Of a stretch of DNA of 64,000 nt, positions 27,962 through 37,584 are shown in pieces (the stretch's first letter is position 1; each line of letters starts with the position of its first letter). The DNA is from a virus (taxonomy: Duplodnaviria > Caudoviricetes): IMG/VR virus record IMGVR_UViG_3300023119_000004. One strand, written 5' to 3'. The position numbers were made by a program, and so were the translations under genes. The notes under the pieces are model-generated. The model searched no databases. It was not told where the DNA came from and was given only the letters and a program-made list of their open reading frames with translations.

Positions 27962-28285
27962 CTACTTGTCTGACTTTTTACTCGAACCTGTATAAAGACC
28001 GAACCAAGCCGCACCAGCACCAACTACAATACTAACCAACCCTGATTGTTCCATAGTAGGATTTGGAAGTGCCATATACCAAACTACAACTTTGTATAAT
28101 AAAATAATATATGTTGAAATAAAGAATCTTGGGAAAATTCTCCAACTATCAACGGCACGTGCCATATGAATCCATTTTGCGTATGGATTAACTCCTAAGT
28201 CTTTTGCTGAAGCATCAACTTCTAACTCAAGATTAACTTTCTTTTTATGTTCTGTACTTTGAACTTTTACTTCTGTATCAGCCAT
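27962..28285 (-). CDS. Putative holin (2 TM)
   Basis: WRIFPR.F TM1, second TM; located downstream of endolysin and spanins. Confidence 0.55.
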   Translation of the reverse strand: MADTEVKVQSTEHKKKVNLELEVDASAKDLGVNPYAKWIHMARAVDSWRIFPRFFISTYIILLYKVVVWYMALPNPTMEQSGLVSIVVGAGAAWFGLYTGSSKKSDK

Positions 28286-28566
28286 TATTTTTTACCCTCT
28301 AATTTTCTGATTCGAGATTCTAACTCGTCAATCTTCTTAGTAACATGGGGATATTTTGTACGCCAAGCATTAGGATCGTTTTGTAACCAAGTCCAGCCCC
28401 AACGATTAACTAGATATTCAAGAGTGGCATCAAATTTACCTACCGCCCATATTGCCATTTTTGTGTCTTTAAACCAGAACAAAAATGCGGCACCAAATAA
28501 AGATCCTGCTAAGGCTGTGTAAATCCACAGTCTATCGGATGCCATTCTTTCTATCATTTCCCACAT
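28285..28566 (-). CDS. Membrane protein in lysis region
   Basis: One N-terminal TM, coiled C-terminus; late-type AATAAATA upstream. Confidence 0.65.
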   Translation of the reverse strand: MWEMIERMASDRLWIYTALAGSLFGAAFLFWFKDTKMAIWAVGKFDATLEYLVNRWGWTWLQNDPNAWRTKYPHVTKKIDELESRIRKLEGKK

Positions 28567-28599
28567 ATAAATCCCTCGTTTTGTTTATATGTGTATTTA

Positions 28600-28764
28600 T
28601 TAGAAATTACAGCGAATTTCGCCTTTGGGTATTACTTTTTCTTGGATGGTTTCGCCCTTGCTAATGTTTATATCAGCGCCAGGGTGTGCGGTACAATTAG
28701 ATCTAGCAGAACAACTACTGACTATCAGTGCCGTCAGTAGCAGTATCGCCTTCGTAATAGTCAC
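28600..28764 (-). CDS. Small lipoprotein (missed by ORF track)
   Basis: GTG start; MTITKAILLLTALIVSS/CSARSNC...RCNF, 54 aa, lipobox VSSC; overlaps o-spanin 3' end. Confidence 0.55.
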   Translation of the reverse strand: MTITKAILLLTALIVSSCSARSNCTAHPGADINISKGETIQEKVIPKGEIRCNF

Positions 28765-29107
28765 GATATTTCTCTATAATCAATTGTTGCTGTATCATGT
28801 ACGCACGAATTTGTGCAAAGTTTTTAGCAAGTGTTTCGTAGTCGTCATCGCTTAAACCAAACAGCACAGGATCTTTACCTTGCTCTTTCATTTTAGCAAA
28901 CACTTCTTCTGCATTGTTGCTGTGTATGATAATGAACTTTAGTTCTTCCATTTTTGGAGTCGCAGGATTCTCTAGATTCAGAGGTGCTCTTTTAACCTCA
29001 GTCTTGAAAATATCTAACTTGGATACCGTACTACAACTAGTAAGGAACGTAGTTAGGATTAGCAAGGCTAGGACATTCTGAATTGATTTCAGACTTCTTA
29101 GTTGCAT
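28715..29107 (-). CDS. o-spanin (Rz1-like lipoprotein)
   Basis: Signal peptide with lipobox LTS/C; overlaps i-spanin 3' end by 71 nt. Confidence 0.7.
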   Translation of the reverse strand: MQLRSLKSIQNVLALLILTTFLTSCSTVSKLDIFKTEVKRAPLNLENPATPKMEELKFIIIHSNNAEEVFAKMKEQGKDPVLFGLSDDDYETLAKNFAQIRAYMIQQQLIIEKYRDYYEGDTATDGTDSQ

Positions 29108-29522
29108 TTCGCTCTTTCTCCGTTAATGGACTGCCCATGGCAATCTCTACACATCTCATTGCTTTCTTAGATGCATTGTTTATAATACGTTCTACTGCAC
29201 GATCTTTATCAATGGCAAGTTTGCCGATATCTCTAACTTCACCTTTGCCATTAATTTTGTTAAAACGTTCATCAAGCGATTTAAATTCTGCTTGTAGAAC
29301 TCTATTTTTCTCTTCAAGTTCTTTATTTGCGGCTAGTATAGCAGTAAAATCTTTTTGCTGTTGTTCTATAACTGCTTTTTGGTCTGCTACACTTTCTTGT
29401 AATTTAGCATTGTTGGCTTCACTAATAGCAAGATCACTTTTAAGTGTTTTTACATACATAAAACCACCGCCGGCACCTGCCAACATAAACAATACTAACG
29501 CAATTTTAATTGAACTAAACAT
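29037..29522 (-). CDS. i-spanin (Rz-like)
   Basis: Start MFSSIKIAL at 29522; N-terminal TM, long coiled coil, C-terminal Cys residues. Confidence 0.7.
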   Translation of the reverse strand: MFSSIKIALVLFMLAGAGGGFMYVKTLKSDLAISEANNAKLQESVADQKAVIEQQQKDFTAILAANKELEEKNRVLQAEFKSLDERFNKINGKGEVRDIGKLAIDKDRAVERIINNASKKAMRCVEIAMGSPLTEKERNATKKSEINSECPSLANPNYVPY

Positions 29523-29649
29523 TTTCTTCCTCTGTATAACGCGGTTGTTCGCAAACAACTATGTCGATAGGCTTATTGTCACCATCTGTGAAAGTTTCAA
29601 TTAGCCTACCTTCGTGTTCTCTACCGCAGTTTAAACAGGTTTGACTCAT
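29515..29649 (-). CDS. 44-aa Cys/His protein (missed by ORF track)
   Basis: MSQTCLNCGREHEGR...VCEQPRYTEEENV; ATGA overlap with endolysin stop. Confidence 0.55.
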   Translation of the reverse strand: MSQTCLNCGREHEGRLIETFTDGDNKPIDIVVCEQPRYTEEENV

Positions 29650-30158
29650 ACCATTTTAAGTGCGAGTTCAGTAGTTTCTGTTACTCTGCGAGTCCATCCT
29701 CTACCGAAAGTTTCAAAAGTACTTAATTGTTCATAGTATGATTGACGTGCTTCTTGGAAATTTTTAATAGCAGTCTCAACACCTTCTGAATCAACATAAG
29801 TTGCTAATGCTTTTAATGTATTTGGACCAATACCGCCGTCAGCAACAGTACCAATCATACGTTGTAAGTACTTTGCAGAACGACCAGTGCCTGCATTGAC
29901 ACCAAAGTCAAATACACATAAGTCAAGACCTGCTGGAATGTCATCGCACTTCATACGGTCCCAATAATTTTTTCTGTAAATGGGAGCAACATCTTCAACT
30001 AAAAGATCTTTCATGTCTTTAGTTCCGCCCCATTCTTCGTAAACCCTTTTTGTAACACCTAAGTTAGTTTCCCCACCTGGATCTTTCGGATGGTTTACAT
30101 ATCCGCCTTCGTGATGAAGGATGGTTTCTAAACACTTATCGTAGTTTTCACTTGCCAT
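29646..30158 (-). CDS. GH108 endolysin with peptidoglycan-binding region
   Basis: HEGGYVNHP.DPGGETN.GVT, FD..VN.G, DG.IGP.T, FGRGW.RR. Confidence 0.92.
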   Translation of the reverse strand: MASENYDKCLETILHHEGGYVNHPKDPGGETNLGVTKRVYEEWGGTKDMKDLLVEDVAPIYRKNYWDRMKCDDIPAGLDLCVFDFGVNAGTGRSAKYLQRMIGTVADGGIGPNTLKALATYVDSEGVETAIKNFQEARQSYYEQLSTFETFGRGWTRRVTETTELALKMV

Positions 30159-30170
30159 ATTTTAATAATC

Positions 30171-30887
30171 CTATCTTTTTGTTAACACTAATGAATAATC
30201 ATTGTGTTCGATTAGAAACTTATCACCGTATTTTTCGATATCAAAGTCTCCAATATATTTAGTTAGGAAAACTATTTCAGGAAAAGAATTGATATTGTAT
30301 GACTCGGTAACTGTTTTATTAACATCTGATGATTTACCAAAATCTACAATATTAAATTTTAATGTATCAGCATATTGCTTCTTCATTATAAGGATAGTTT
30401 CGTTGATAATATCAATGCTATCAACATAACTTTTGCTAAAGAAGTTTTTAACATTATCCATATTACTTTCGTTAACTTTAACTTCATAAGCATCTTTGTC
30501 TAACGGAATAGTTTCACCTAATTGCTCTTCTGATGAAGGCAAACTTTTAAAACTCTTATAATATCTAAACTTCATATCTTCAATGCCTGATACTTTTTTC
30601 ACACCGTCAATAATTTCTAAAATTTGTGCAGGAACATCTTTCATTCTTTCTAGTTCAACAAACACTTTATAAGTACCATCGCTTTGTTCACCTGATGTAA
30701 CATCAGCATCTAGTACAAATGGATATCCTTTTTCAATAAAGTTCATTAAATCTCTGCCTGAAGTTTCAGTCATAGTGGAAAAACTTAGGACAACAATATC
30801 TTTATCTTCTCCCATCTTAGATTTAAATGAATCAATTTCGTAAATTCTGTAAACTAGATCTTTAAGATCGTCTGCTCTTAGTCCCAT
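30171..30887 (-). CDS. Phage hypothetical protein
   Basis: 238-aa ORF, late operon with endolysin. Confidence 0.75.
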   Translation of the reverse strand: MGLRADDLKDLVYRIYEIDSFKSKMGEDKDIVVLSFSTMTETSGRDLMNFIEKGYPFVLDADVTSGEQSDGTYKVFVELERMKDVPAQILEIIDGVKKVSGIEDMKFRYYKSFKSLPSSEEQLGETIPLDKDAYEVKVNESNMDNVKNFFSKSYVDSIDIINETILIMKKQYADTLKFNIVDFGKSSDVNKTVTESYNINSFPEIVFLTKYIGDFDIEKYGDKFLIEHNDYSLVLTKR

Positions 30888-31405
30888 TATAAGCCACCTT
30901 CTGCCGCAACGTCTGCTTCTTGTGGAGCCGCCGCATCGCCACCTGGATTAGTTTCAGCAACTGCTGGTTCTTTTAAGTAATCTAGTTGTTCTGCGTAACC
31001 ACTGTAGATGTTAAGAATTAATTCTTTAGGCATTTTAATTTTAACAACCCAAATAGGATGTCTATCTAGTTTTCCTTTTTTAGTACCAGGACGAACATCG
31101 TCTGGTTCTTTAATTTTTCTTGGTTTAATAATCTGTGTTTTTTCGTATGATACTTGACAATCATAATCTAGTAAACGTTTACCACCTTGTGGATCAGGCA
31201 TTCTATCTCTAGGCCACATAAACGAGCAACTAACCCAATGTCTTTCAATATCAGGACCTGAAACTAATTCACCGTCCTCCCAATTATCATATACATATAG
31301 GTCTAGTTCATCTAAAACTCTTTCAAAGTCTTTTAAAACTGAAAGAGCAGAATCACTATCGTAAATGTTTTCAATATTTTTAACTAGATCTAAAACGTCA
31401 TACAT
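30887..31405 (-). CDS. Phage hypothetical protein
   Basis: 172-aa ORF; GATAAATA (31433-31440) and GGTG RBS upstream. Confidence 0.75.
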   Translation of the reverse strand: MYDVLDLVKNIENIYDSDSALSVLKDFERVLDELDLYVYDNWEDGELVSGPDIERHWVSCSFMWPRDRMPDPQGGKRLLDYDCQVSYEKTQIIKPRKIKEPDDVRPGTKKGKLDRHPIWVVKIKMPKELILNIYSGYAEQLDYLKEPAVAETNPGGDAAAPQEADVAAEGGL

Positions 31406-31575
31406 ATTATTATCACCTATGCTTTATATACTTATTTATCCGGTTTGCGTTTATAAGTATGCAGTTTTGTCTCTGCAAAATCGACTAAATATTTTTAGTA
31501 AGCACTAAAACAAGTGTGTTTACGGACATACTAAGTGCCTACTATGACTACTTATAACTCATGAAGGAGGACTTA

Positions 31576-32292
31576 ATGGGTGCAAAAAGAGCCAAACGGC
31601 AAAACTACTCTAATAACGGTTCAAATGTTATTAGTTTTAATCAATCTAAAAAACAAGTTAACATACTTCCAAGAAATAAATCACAAGAAACATATATGCT
31701 AAAACTGTTGGATAACAAGAAGGACATAGTCTTCGGTGTAGGTCCAGCGGGAACCGGTAAAACGCTTCTAGCAGTACAGGTGGCTATTAAAGCATTTAAA
31801 GAAGGAGTTGTTGACAAGATTGTAATCACGAGGCCAGCAGTTTCTGTTGATGAAGATTTAGGGTTTTTACCAGGATCAATGGAAGAAAAAATGGCACCGT
31901 GGACCCGACCGATCTTTGATGTATTAAAGGAGTACTATAATAAGAAAGAAATAGAAAATATGATTTACGATGGTGTTGTAGAAATTGCACCACTAAGTTA
32001 TATGCGTGGTCGGACGTTTAAAAAAGCATTTATTGTTGCAGATGAGATGCAAAATGCCACACCTAACCAAATGAAAATGCTACTTACAAGAATAGGAGAA
32101 GGTAGCCAAATGGCAGTAACGGGTGATTTAGCACAGGCAGATAGAATTAAGAGTAACGGACTTCTTGATTTTATTAAATCATTAGAGCATCACCATGCAA
32201 CTAAGCACATTGACATAGTCAGATTTCATCAAAATGATATTGAGAGACATGAAGCAGTTAAGGAGGTGCTTGAAGTCTACGGAGACGAGTAA
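31576..32292 (+). CDS. phoH: PhoH-like ATPase
   Basis: GPAGTGKT, RPAVS, YMRGRT, DEMQN, TGD..Q.D; AAGGAGG RBS favours ATG 31576. Confidence 0.95.
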   Translation: MGAKRAKRQNYSNNGSNVISFNQSKKQVNILPRNKSQETYMLKLLDNKKDIVFGVGPAGTGKTLLAVQVAIKAFKEGVVDKIVITRPAVSVDEDLGFLPGSMEEKMAPWTRPIFDVLKEYYNKKEIENMIYDGVVEIAPLSYMRGRTFKKAFIVADEMQNATPNQMKMLLTRIGEGSQMAVTGDLAQADRIKSNGLLDFIKSLEHHHATKHIDIVRFHQNDIERHEAVKEVLEVYGDE

Positions 32293-33039
32293 TTAATTAT
32301 CGCCAGGAAGGTCTGTATCGTTTCTATCTAAGATATAGGTCTTCTTGGCGTGTTGCCATTTAGACCAGCCATTAAAAATCATTTTTAATTGTTTGATAAT
32401 GGCATTGTGCCTGTTAACGGCAGTTTCAGATAAGTCGCCTGAACGGGCAACTACGGGTTCTCTTCTAATTGGAATAACCTGTACTAAAGGTTCACCCATT
32501 TTAATTTTAGTTAACTTAGGTTCTTTTAACATAATATTAATAGGACTAATAAGAGCACCTACATCATGATCAATAACCCCAGGAATTGCGTCCCAATTCT
32601 TTTCTTCATGAAACCACATTGGTTGATATAGTAGACTCCAACCTGGTTTACTATATATTTTCCAAGGACAGTCCAGTTTTACTGCTGTTCTTACACCGTA
32701 TTGTTTAATAAAACTATTACCTACTTGATCGGCAGGATGATAAGCACCGTTGTAATCGGGGTCTGAATATCGAGTTTCAACATATTGTCCGTCTGGTCTT
32801 GGATTTATTTCTATATCGCACCAAGCAGGAATAACATATCCCATTTGCATATAGTCTCCGATACCTGGACAAGCACGAACGGTTTGATCGCTATCAATTT
32901 TGTGTGTTTCTTTTTTAGTAAACACAGGAATATCTTTCCAAGCCTGTGGTAAAAATTCTTTTGCAGGTAAAATTGGAGCGTGTTTTCTTACAGCCCAATT
33001 TTCTGTTTCAAAGAATATTACAGGTTCTTGTTTACTCAT
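32293..33039 (-). CDS. Hypothetical protein (possibly DUF6065-like)
   Basis: T..ACPGI.DY...GY.IPAW.D, K...PW.I...PG.S, G.PL.Q.IP. Confidence 0.7.
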   Translation of the reverse strand: MSKQEPVIFFETENWAVRKHAPILPAKEFLPQAWKDIPVFTKKETHKIDSDQTVRACPGIGDYMQMGYVIPAWCDIEINPRPDGQYVETRYSDPDYNGAYHPADQVGNSFIKQYGVRTAVKLDCPWKIYSKPGWSLLYQPMWFHEEKNWDAIPGVIDHDVGALISPINIMLKEPKLTKIKMGEPLVQVIPIRREPVVARSGDLSETAVNRHNAIIKQLKMIFNGWSKWQHAKKTYILDRNDTDLPGDN

Positions 33040-33716
33040 ACTAATTCTTCTGCTAATGGAAAGATTTTTGCAATAACTTTAGCACAAGCATGAGCAATAT
33101 CCATGTGTTCTTGCTGTGTACCGTTAGCACCACGTAATTCAATGTAATGAATCCAAGAACGTAATGTACCGTTCATGTACAATCGTGTCTTAGTACATCC
33201 TTCTGGTAGTACAGCACGAGCCTGTTCTTTAGCAATGCCGTTATCAATTGCCCATTCGTATGCTTCTTTTGCGGCATCAATAACTTTTTGTTGTTGTGAT
33301 TCCCAATCGTTAATTAGATTCATCTCTTGTTGTGTAGTACCTAAGCCAATTGAGTTTTGTCTATTCTTTTCATCTTGTAATCGTGCTTCACGTAGCACAA
33401 ATTGATTACCAAACTCAGCAGGATCAGCATAACGCTGACTAAACTCTTGGAAACTAAATGAACGATGACGCACAATTTGATGTGCAATATCACGTGTAGT
33501 ATTAATTTCTAAACAAGCACTAACCATTTCTAGTGGAGACCAATGTGCGTGTTTGATCAAATACTTTATAAGTTTTTCCGAAGTCTCCTTGTTCATTTGA
33601 TTGCTAGGATTTGAAACTCTTGCACAATAGGCAATGAGATCCTGCATATTAGTTAAATGCTGTGCAGTTAAATCTTCAACTGGTGTTGAGTATGATACTA
33701 ATTTTACATCTGACAT
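33036..33716 (-). CDS. thyX: FAD-dependent thymidylate synthase
   Basis: HWSPLE, RHRSFSFQEFSQRY, AR.VLP, N...RSWIH. Confidence 0.95.
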   Translation of the reverse strand: MSDVKLVSYSTPVEDLTAQHLTNMQDLIAYCARVSNPSNQMNKETSEKLIKYLIKHAHWSPLEMVSACLEINTTRDIAHQIVRHRSFSFQEFSQRYADPAEFGNQFVLREARLQDEKNRQNSIGLGTTQQEMNLINDWESQQQKVIDAAKEAYEWAIDNGIAKEQARAVLPEGCTKTRLYMNGTLRSWIHYIELRGANGTQQEHMDIAHACAKVIAKIFPLAEELV

Positions 33717-33720
33717 TAAT

Positions 33721-34056
33721 TTATCCTGTTCTCCATATTACGTGTACACCAAAAGGTGATACTACTGGGTGTGGTCCTAGTTCTCCAACTGGAATATTTA
33801 AACAAGCACTTGAAAATTCAATAGCCATTTCAGTTGGATCAAACCAACCAAGATCACCACCGTTTGTTTTGCTTGGACAAGCACTATTTTCTCTTGCCAT
33901 TTGATCAAAACTTACGCCGCCGCGTTTTAATTCAGCGGTAATTCTTTCGCCTTCTTGCATAGCGAAAGCAATACTTCTACTATGTGTAGAGTTTCTTGCA
34001 CCTTTAAATGACAACAAGATATGACTTGCTCTCATTTTACTTGGAAACTTAGACAT
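33721..34056 (-). CDS. ppiC: Parvulin-type peptidyl-prolyl isomerase
   Basis: RASHIL, F..MA..NS.CPS...GGDLGWF, S.FG.H.I. Confidence 0.9.
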   Translation of the reverse strand: MSKFPSKMRASHILLSFKGARNSTHSRSIAFAMQEGERITAELKRGGVSFDQMARENSACPSKTNGGDLGWFDPTEMAIEFSSACLNIPVGELGPHPVVSPFGVHVIWRTG

Positions 34057-34388
34057 TATTGTCCTCCTGGCTTATCACTAAAATATTTTTCAAATTTACC
34101 TTCAACGCCTTGCCATTCTTCTGCATCTTCAGGTTCAGTACCTTTAACAGTAATGTTAGGCCATTCTTGACTGTATTTAAGATTTAATTGCATCCATTTA
34201 CCGTCATCCTGGCTTTCAGTGATAATTGCTTCTGCTGGACATTCTGGTTCACATACACCGCAATCAATACATTCGTCAGGGTTAATTACAAGCATATTTT
34301 CACCTTCATAAAAGCAGTCTACCGGACATACTTCTACGCAATCCATGTGTTTACATTTAATACACTTGTCGTTAACTAAGTAACTCAT
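34056..34388 (-). CDS. fdxA: 7Fe ferredoxin (FdxA-type)
   Basis: [21 protein letters not shown]...[13 protein letters not shown] plus acidic C-terminal extension. Confidence 0.92.
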   Translation of the reverse strand: MSYLVNDKCIKCKHMDCVEVCPVDCFYEGENMLVINPDECIDCGVCEPECPAEAIITESQDDGKWMQLNLKYSQEWPNITVKGTEPEDAEEWQGVEGKFEKYFSDKPGGQ

Positions 34389-35302
34389 TATAACCTCGCA
34401 AGTTTAATTAGTGTTGCTGACAAGTTAATTTCTGGATCAACAACTAGTGTATGATCTACAAGTCCTTGTTTGATAATTAAAATTGCTTTATCTTGTGTTT
34501 CTTCATCGCCAAACAATTCAATATTGTCATACAACCAACGATAAATTTCTTCCATCTCTTCTGTACGAACTGTACCACAAAGAAGTTTACGTGCTTCTTT
34601 AATTTTGCCTGCTTTAAACAGTTCAACCATATCAAGTTTCCAGTCTGCTTCTGACTTATCACTTTCATTTGGTGCAAGTAACTTTCCATCTTGAGAATTC
34701 ATTTGTACCATATTGATACATTTACGCAAGTCCGGATATGTTGCTTTTACATAAGTGTCTAATGTATCTAAATCAGGTTGTACACCTTCTGTAATTAGAA
34801 TTTCTGCTACACGAGCAGTAAACTCTGTTTGATCTACTTTAGCAATATGGAATCCTTGACACCTACTGTGAATAGCAGGAATAATTCTGTTTGGGTAGTT
34901 ACAAGTTAAGATAAAACGTGCAGTAGTATGATATTCTTCCATTACACCACGTAGTGCCGCCTGTGCGTTTGGACTCAAGTAATCAGCCTCGTCTAGCAGT
35001 ACAACCTTAAACTCACCAAATGGAATCATTTGTACAAAGTTTACAATCTTATCACGAACGTCATCTACTGAGTTTGTTCGCGATGCGTTAATTTCTAGTA
35101 TGTCTAAGTCGTTAATTTCTAGTTCATTGAAAAGAATCTTAGCAAGTGTTGTTTTACCAATACCTGCATTACCACTAAACAACAAATGCGGAATTGTACC
35201 TTCTTTAATCCAGTTCTTTACTTGTGATTTTTGATGTTCATCTCTGAACACATAACCATCTACTGTTTTAGGACGATATTTTTCTACCCATAGTTCTTTC
35301 AT
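34388..35302 (-). CDS. Clamp loader AAA+ subunit (gp44/RFC-like)
   Basis: [29 protein letters not shown]. Confidence 0.93.
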   Translation of the reverse strand: MKELWVEKYRPKTVDGYVFRDEHQKSQVKNWIKEGTIPHLLFSGNAGIGKTTLAKILFNELEINDLDILEINASRTNSVDDVRDKIVNFVQMIPFGEFKVVLLDEADYLSPNAQAALRGVMEEYHTTARFILTCNYPNRIIPAIHSRCQGFHIAKVDQTEFTARVAEILITEGVQPDLDTLDTYVKATYPDLRKCINMVQMNSQDGKLLAPNESDKSEADWKLDMVELFKAGKIKEARKLLCGTVRTEEMEEIYRWLYDNIELFGDEETQDKAILIIKQGLVDHTLVVDPEINLSATLIKLARL

Positions 35303-35472
35303 TTATTTGCCTCTTCTTTTTTCTTTCGACGTTTTGTGTAAAATCCGCCTTTGTAATCTATATTATCAGAACGTTCGCCCGTTTCGCAATATGTAATCTT
35401 ACCACCTTTAGCCAAATATTCATCAATCATTCTTTGTGTTTCGTCATCTGTTTTACGAGGTACTGGGTTCAT
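35299..35472 (-). CDS. 57-aa SutA-like putative RNA polymerase-binding protein (missed by ORF track)
   Basis: MNPVPRKTDDETQRMIDEYLAKGGKITYCETG...; ATGA overlaps at both ends. Confidence 0.55.
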   Translation of the reverse strand: MNPVPRKTDDETQRMIDEYLAKGGKITYCETGERSDNIDYKGGFYTKRRKKKEEANK

Positions 35473-35876
35473 GCCTGTTCTATCCTTTTTCTTAGTCCAC
35501 TTGTACTAAATGAATGTTGACGTTTATTATAGTATATTTCTATGCCTTTGTCAACACAAATCTGTTTACCAGTAAAGTCATTATCTCTGTATTCTTCACC
35601 AATAAATCGTACATCAATTTGGTATGTTAATAATATATCAATTAAATCTTTTTCTGTTTCATAGGGAATAATTTGATCAATGTATTTGCACCCTTCAAGT
35701 TGAACGTAGCGTTCAAAAACACTTTGGATTGGTTTATTCTTTTCAGGCCGATCAATAGTTGGATCTGTTTGTAGTCCTACCATCATGTAATCACAGTTGT
35801 TACGTGCTTCTTTTAACATAGCAACGTGTCCGCTGTGAAATAAGTCAAATGATGAAAAAGTAATTCCTATCTTCAT
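35469..35876 (-). CDS. TagD-like glycerol-3-phosphate cytidylyltransferase family
   Basis: FSSFDLFHSGH (HxGH), R.H.FST.GLR. Confidence 0.9.
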   Translation of the reverse strand: MKIGITFSSFDLFHSGHVAMLKEARNNCDYMMVGLQTDPTIDRPEKNKPIQSVFERYVQLEGCKYIDQIIPYETEKDLIDILLTYQIDVRFIGEEYRDNDFTGKQICVDKGIEIYYNKRQHSFSTSGLRKRIEQA

Positions 35877-36040
35877 TTTCTTTTAGGTGCCTGTTCTTCG
35901 CCTATACCCATAATAATCAATAATACATACAGCAAAGGCCATGCCCATCCTGTTAAATATCCTAAAATGTGTAAGACCATTAATGCTATACCGGTTGCAC
36001 CAGCAGTACCAATACCAGTATTTTTATTTTGAAAATACAT
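35873..36040 (-). CDS. 55-aa membrane protein (missed by ORF track)
   Basis: MYFQNKNTGIGTAGATGIALMVLHILGYLTGWAWPLLYVLLIIMGIG...; AGGAG RBS. Confidence 0.65.
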   Translation of the reverse strand: MYFQNKNTGIGTAGATGIALMVLHILGYLTGWAWPLLYVLLIIMGIGEEQAPKRK

Positions 36041-36059
36041 ATCTTCTCCTATTGTATAA

Positions 36060-36088
36060 ATTATATAATAAAACTAAGGAAAAGTCAA
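36060..36088 (-). promoter_or_regulatory. sigma70-type promoter
   Basis: TTGACT-17-TATAAT. Confidence 0.8.
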
Positions 36089-36090
36089 GT

Positions 36091-36714
36091 CTAATTGTGA
36101 TTAGGAAATATCTTTTCTTGTTGATCTTTGAATATTGGCATTACAATATTTCTAGATTGTGCAAATGGTGTTGAACGACCACTAAAGACAAACCCAACAC
36201 TAGTTCTTGGTTCTATTTCTTTTGGTGGAATCCCTCTATGAATAAATTTACTTGGAAAAACAATGCAACGGCCTTCTTTATATAATACAGACTTGATCAT
36301 TTTACCACCGTTATCTGGGTTATCATCCCAAAAATCCATTCCACTGTCTCCGCTGACTAGATATACCATAGTATAAGCAGGTACATCTTCGCCGCTGTCG
36401 ACGTGCAATCCACCGACTAGATTCTTAGTTGTAATGTTTACTTGTACTTGATTTAATTGTAAGTCACCAATGTTATCACCTAGTTTATCTTTCTGTCCAT
36501 TGAATGCACTCCATACTGCTTTTAATTGCCATGGAGCATTTTCAAGTTCTTGGTGTGTCCATTGATTACTAAAAAATTGATGCCCTTGATACGGACCTAA
36601 TCCTCTATGTCCAAATGACACCTTAGTATGTGGAATTTCTGCAACTACTTCGTTATGCAACCAACTAGGTACAATATCATCTAATACTATAATGTCATCT
36701 GGATTATATTTCAT
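36091..36714 (-). CDS. 2OG-Fe(II) oxygenase
   Basis: LHVD...YTMVY...FPS..IHRG..P...R. Confidence 0.8.
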   Translation of the reverse strand: MKYNPDDIIVLDDIVPSWLHNEVVAEIPHTKVSFGHRGLGPYQGHQFFSNQWTHQELENAPWQLKAVWSAFNGQKDKLGDNIGDLQLNQVQVNITTKNLVGGLHVDSGEDVPAYTMVYLVSGDSGMDFWDDNPDNGGKMIKSVLYKEGRCIVFPSKFIHRGIPPKEIEPRTSVGFVFSGRSTPFAQSRNIVMPIFKDQQEKIFPNHN

Positions 36715-36717
36715 TAA

Positions 36718-37131
36718 TTACAAATCGCCATCTTTACGATTTTCACTGTAATAAACATCAAACTCGCCACCAGGGTAACGTGCTTTAAGTTTGTTTACGT
36801 TTTCTGCAACTACCTCGTTAGGGTCCAAGCCAAGTGCCCTACAAGAATTAATCCAATACCACATAATATCGCCAAGTTCTCGTTTGCAATGAAAGACAGT
36901 TTCATCATCCATTGGTTTACCTTGGAAGATACATTTTTTAACAATTTCACTAAACTCTCCTCCTTCGGACGCAATACCGATTGCACCTGTTAGCAATAAT
37001 GCTACATTAACATTTGGGTTATTTGCTTCAATGTCTTTTGCCCTATAAAACATTTCAGACAATTGATTACTTTCTTTTGATGTGACTTGTTCTACAAATT
37101 CTTTGTATTTGTTTAAATCTACGTTACTCAA
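36718..37131 (-). CDS. mazG: MazG-like NTP pyrophosphohydrolase
   Basis: GIASEGGEFSEIVKK, ELGD..WY, N..KL..RYP. Confidence 0.88.
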   Translation of the reverse strand: MSNVDLNKYKEFVEQVTSKESNQLSEMFYRAKDIEANNPNVNVALLLTGAIGIASEGGEFSEIVKKCIFQGKPMDDETVFHCKRELGDIMWYWINSCRALGLDPNEVVAENVNKLKARYPGGEFDVYYSENRKDGDL

Positions 37132-37142
37132 TTTAACCTCTT

Positions 37143-37580
37143 TTATCTTGGTCTGTCTGCAAAGTCCTCAGGACGAGGACCACCGCTATTAAAGTCAGTA
37201 TTAGTTCCGATTTGCAAATCTTCTGGCTCTTCTTCTTGCCAGGCTAATATTGCATTTACATCAATTAGTCTAACTTCAATTTCTCCCATATCGGGATCAT
37301 CTAAAATGATACCACGTGACCAACGTCCGTGTTCAACATAGATCCAGTTACCCACAGCATAGGGGTCTTTATTTTCATGTCCGATAGCATAAATTTTACA
37401 CCATCTTGGACGGATGCCTGCTTCTTGGCCGTCATCACTTGCGATAATAATACCACCTTTAGTAGTACGTTCTCCAAAGTTCATGTCATAAGCAAGTACG
37501 CCATCATGTATCGGTCTAAGTTTGCCAGTTGCCCTAGTTTTTAACTTAGGACCGGCTCCTAACATCTGCGTATCCATCAT
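37143..37580 (-). CDS. groES: GroES-like co-chaperonin (gp31-like)
   Basis: LRPIHD.V...GE.TT.GGIII...V G..I.V.HG.W. Confidence 0.75.
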   Translation of the reverse strand: MMDTQMLGAGPKLKTRATGKLRPIHDGVLAYDMNFGERTTKGGIIIASDDGQEAGIRPRWCKIYAIGHENKDPYAVGNWIYVEHGRWSRGIILDDPDMGEIEVRLIDVNAILAWQEEEPEDLQIGTNTDFNSGGPRPEDFADRPR

Positions 37581-37584
37581 TTAA

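Noticed and set aside
28625-28855. 76-aa + strand ORF
   Set aside because: The region is better explained by the minus-strand o-spanin and the 54-aa lipoprotein
29083-29604. 173-aa + strand ORF (likewise 21137, 43954, 48473, 57546 and other short + ORFs)
   Set aside because: Opposite well-supported minus-strand genes; no independent signals
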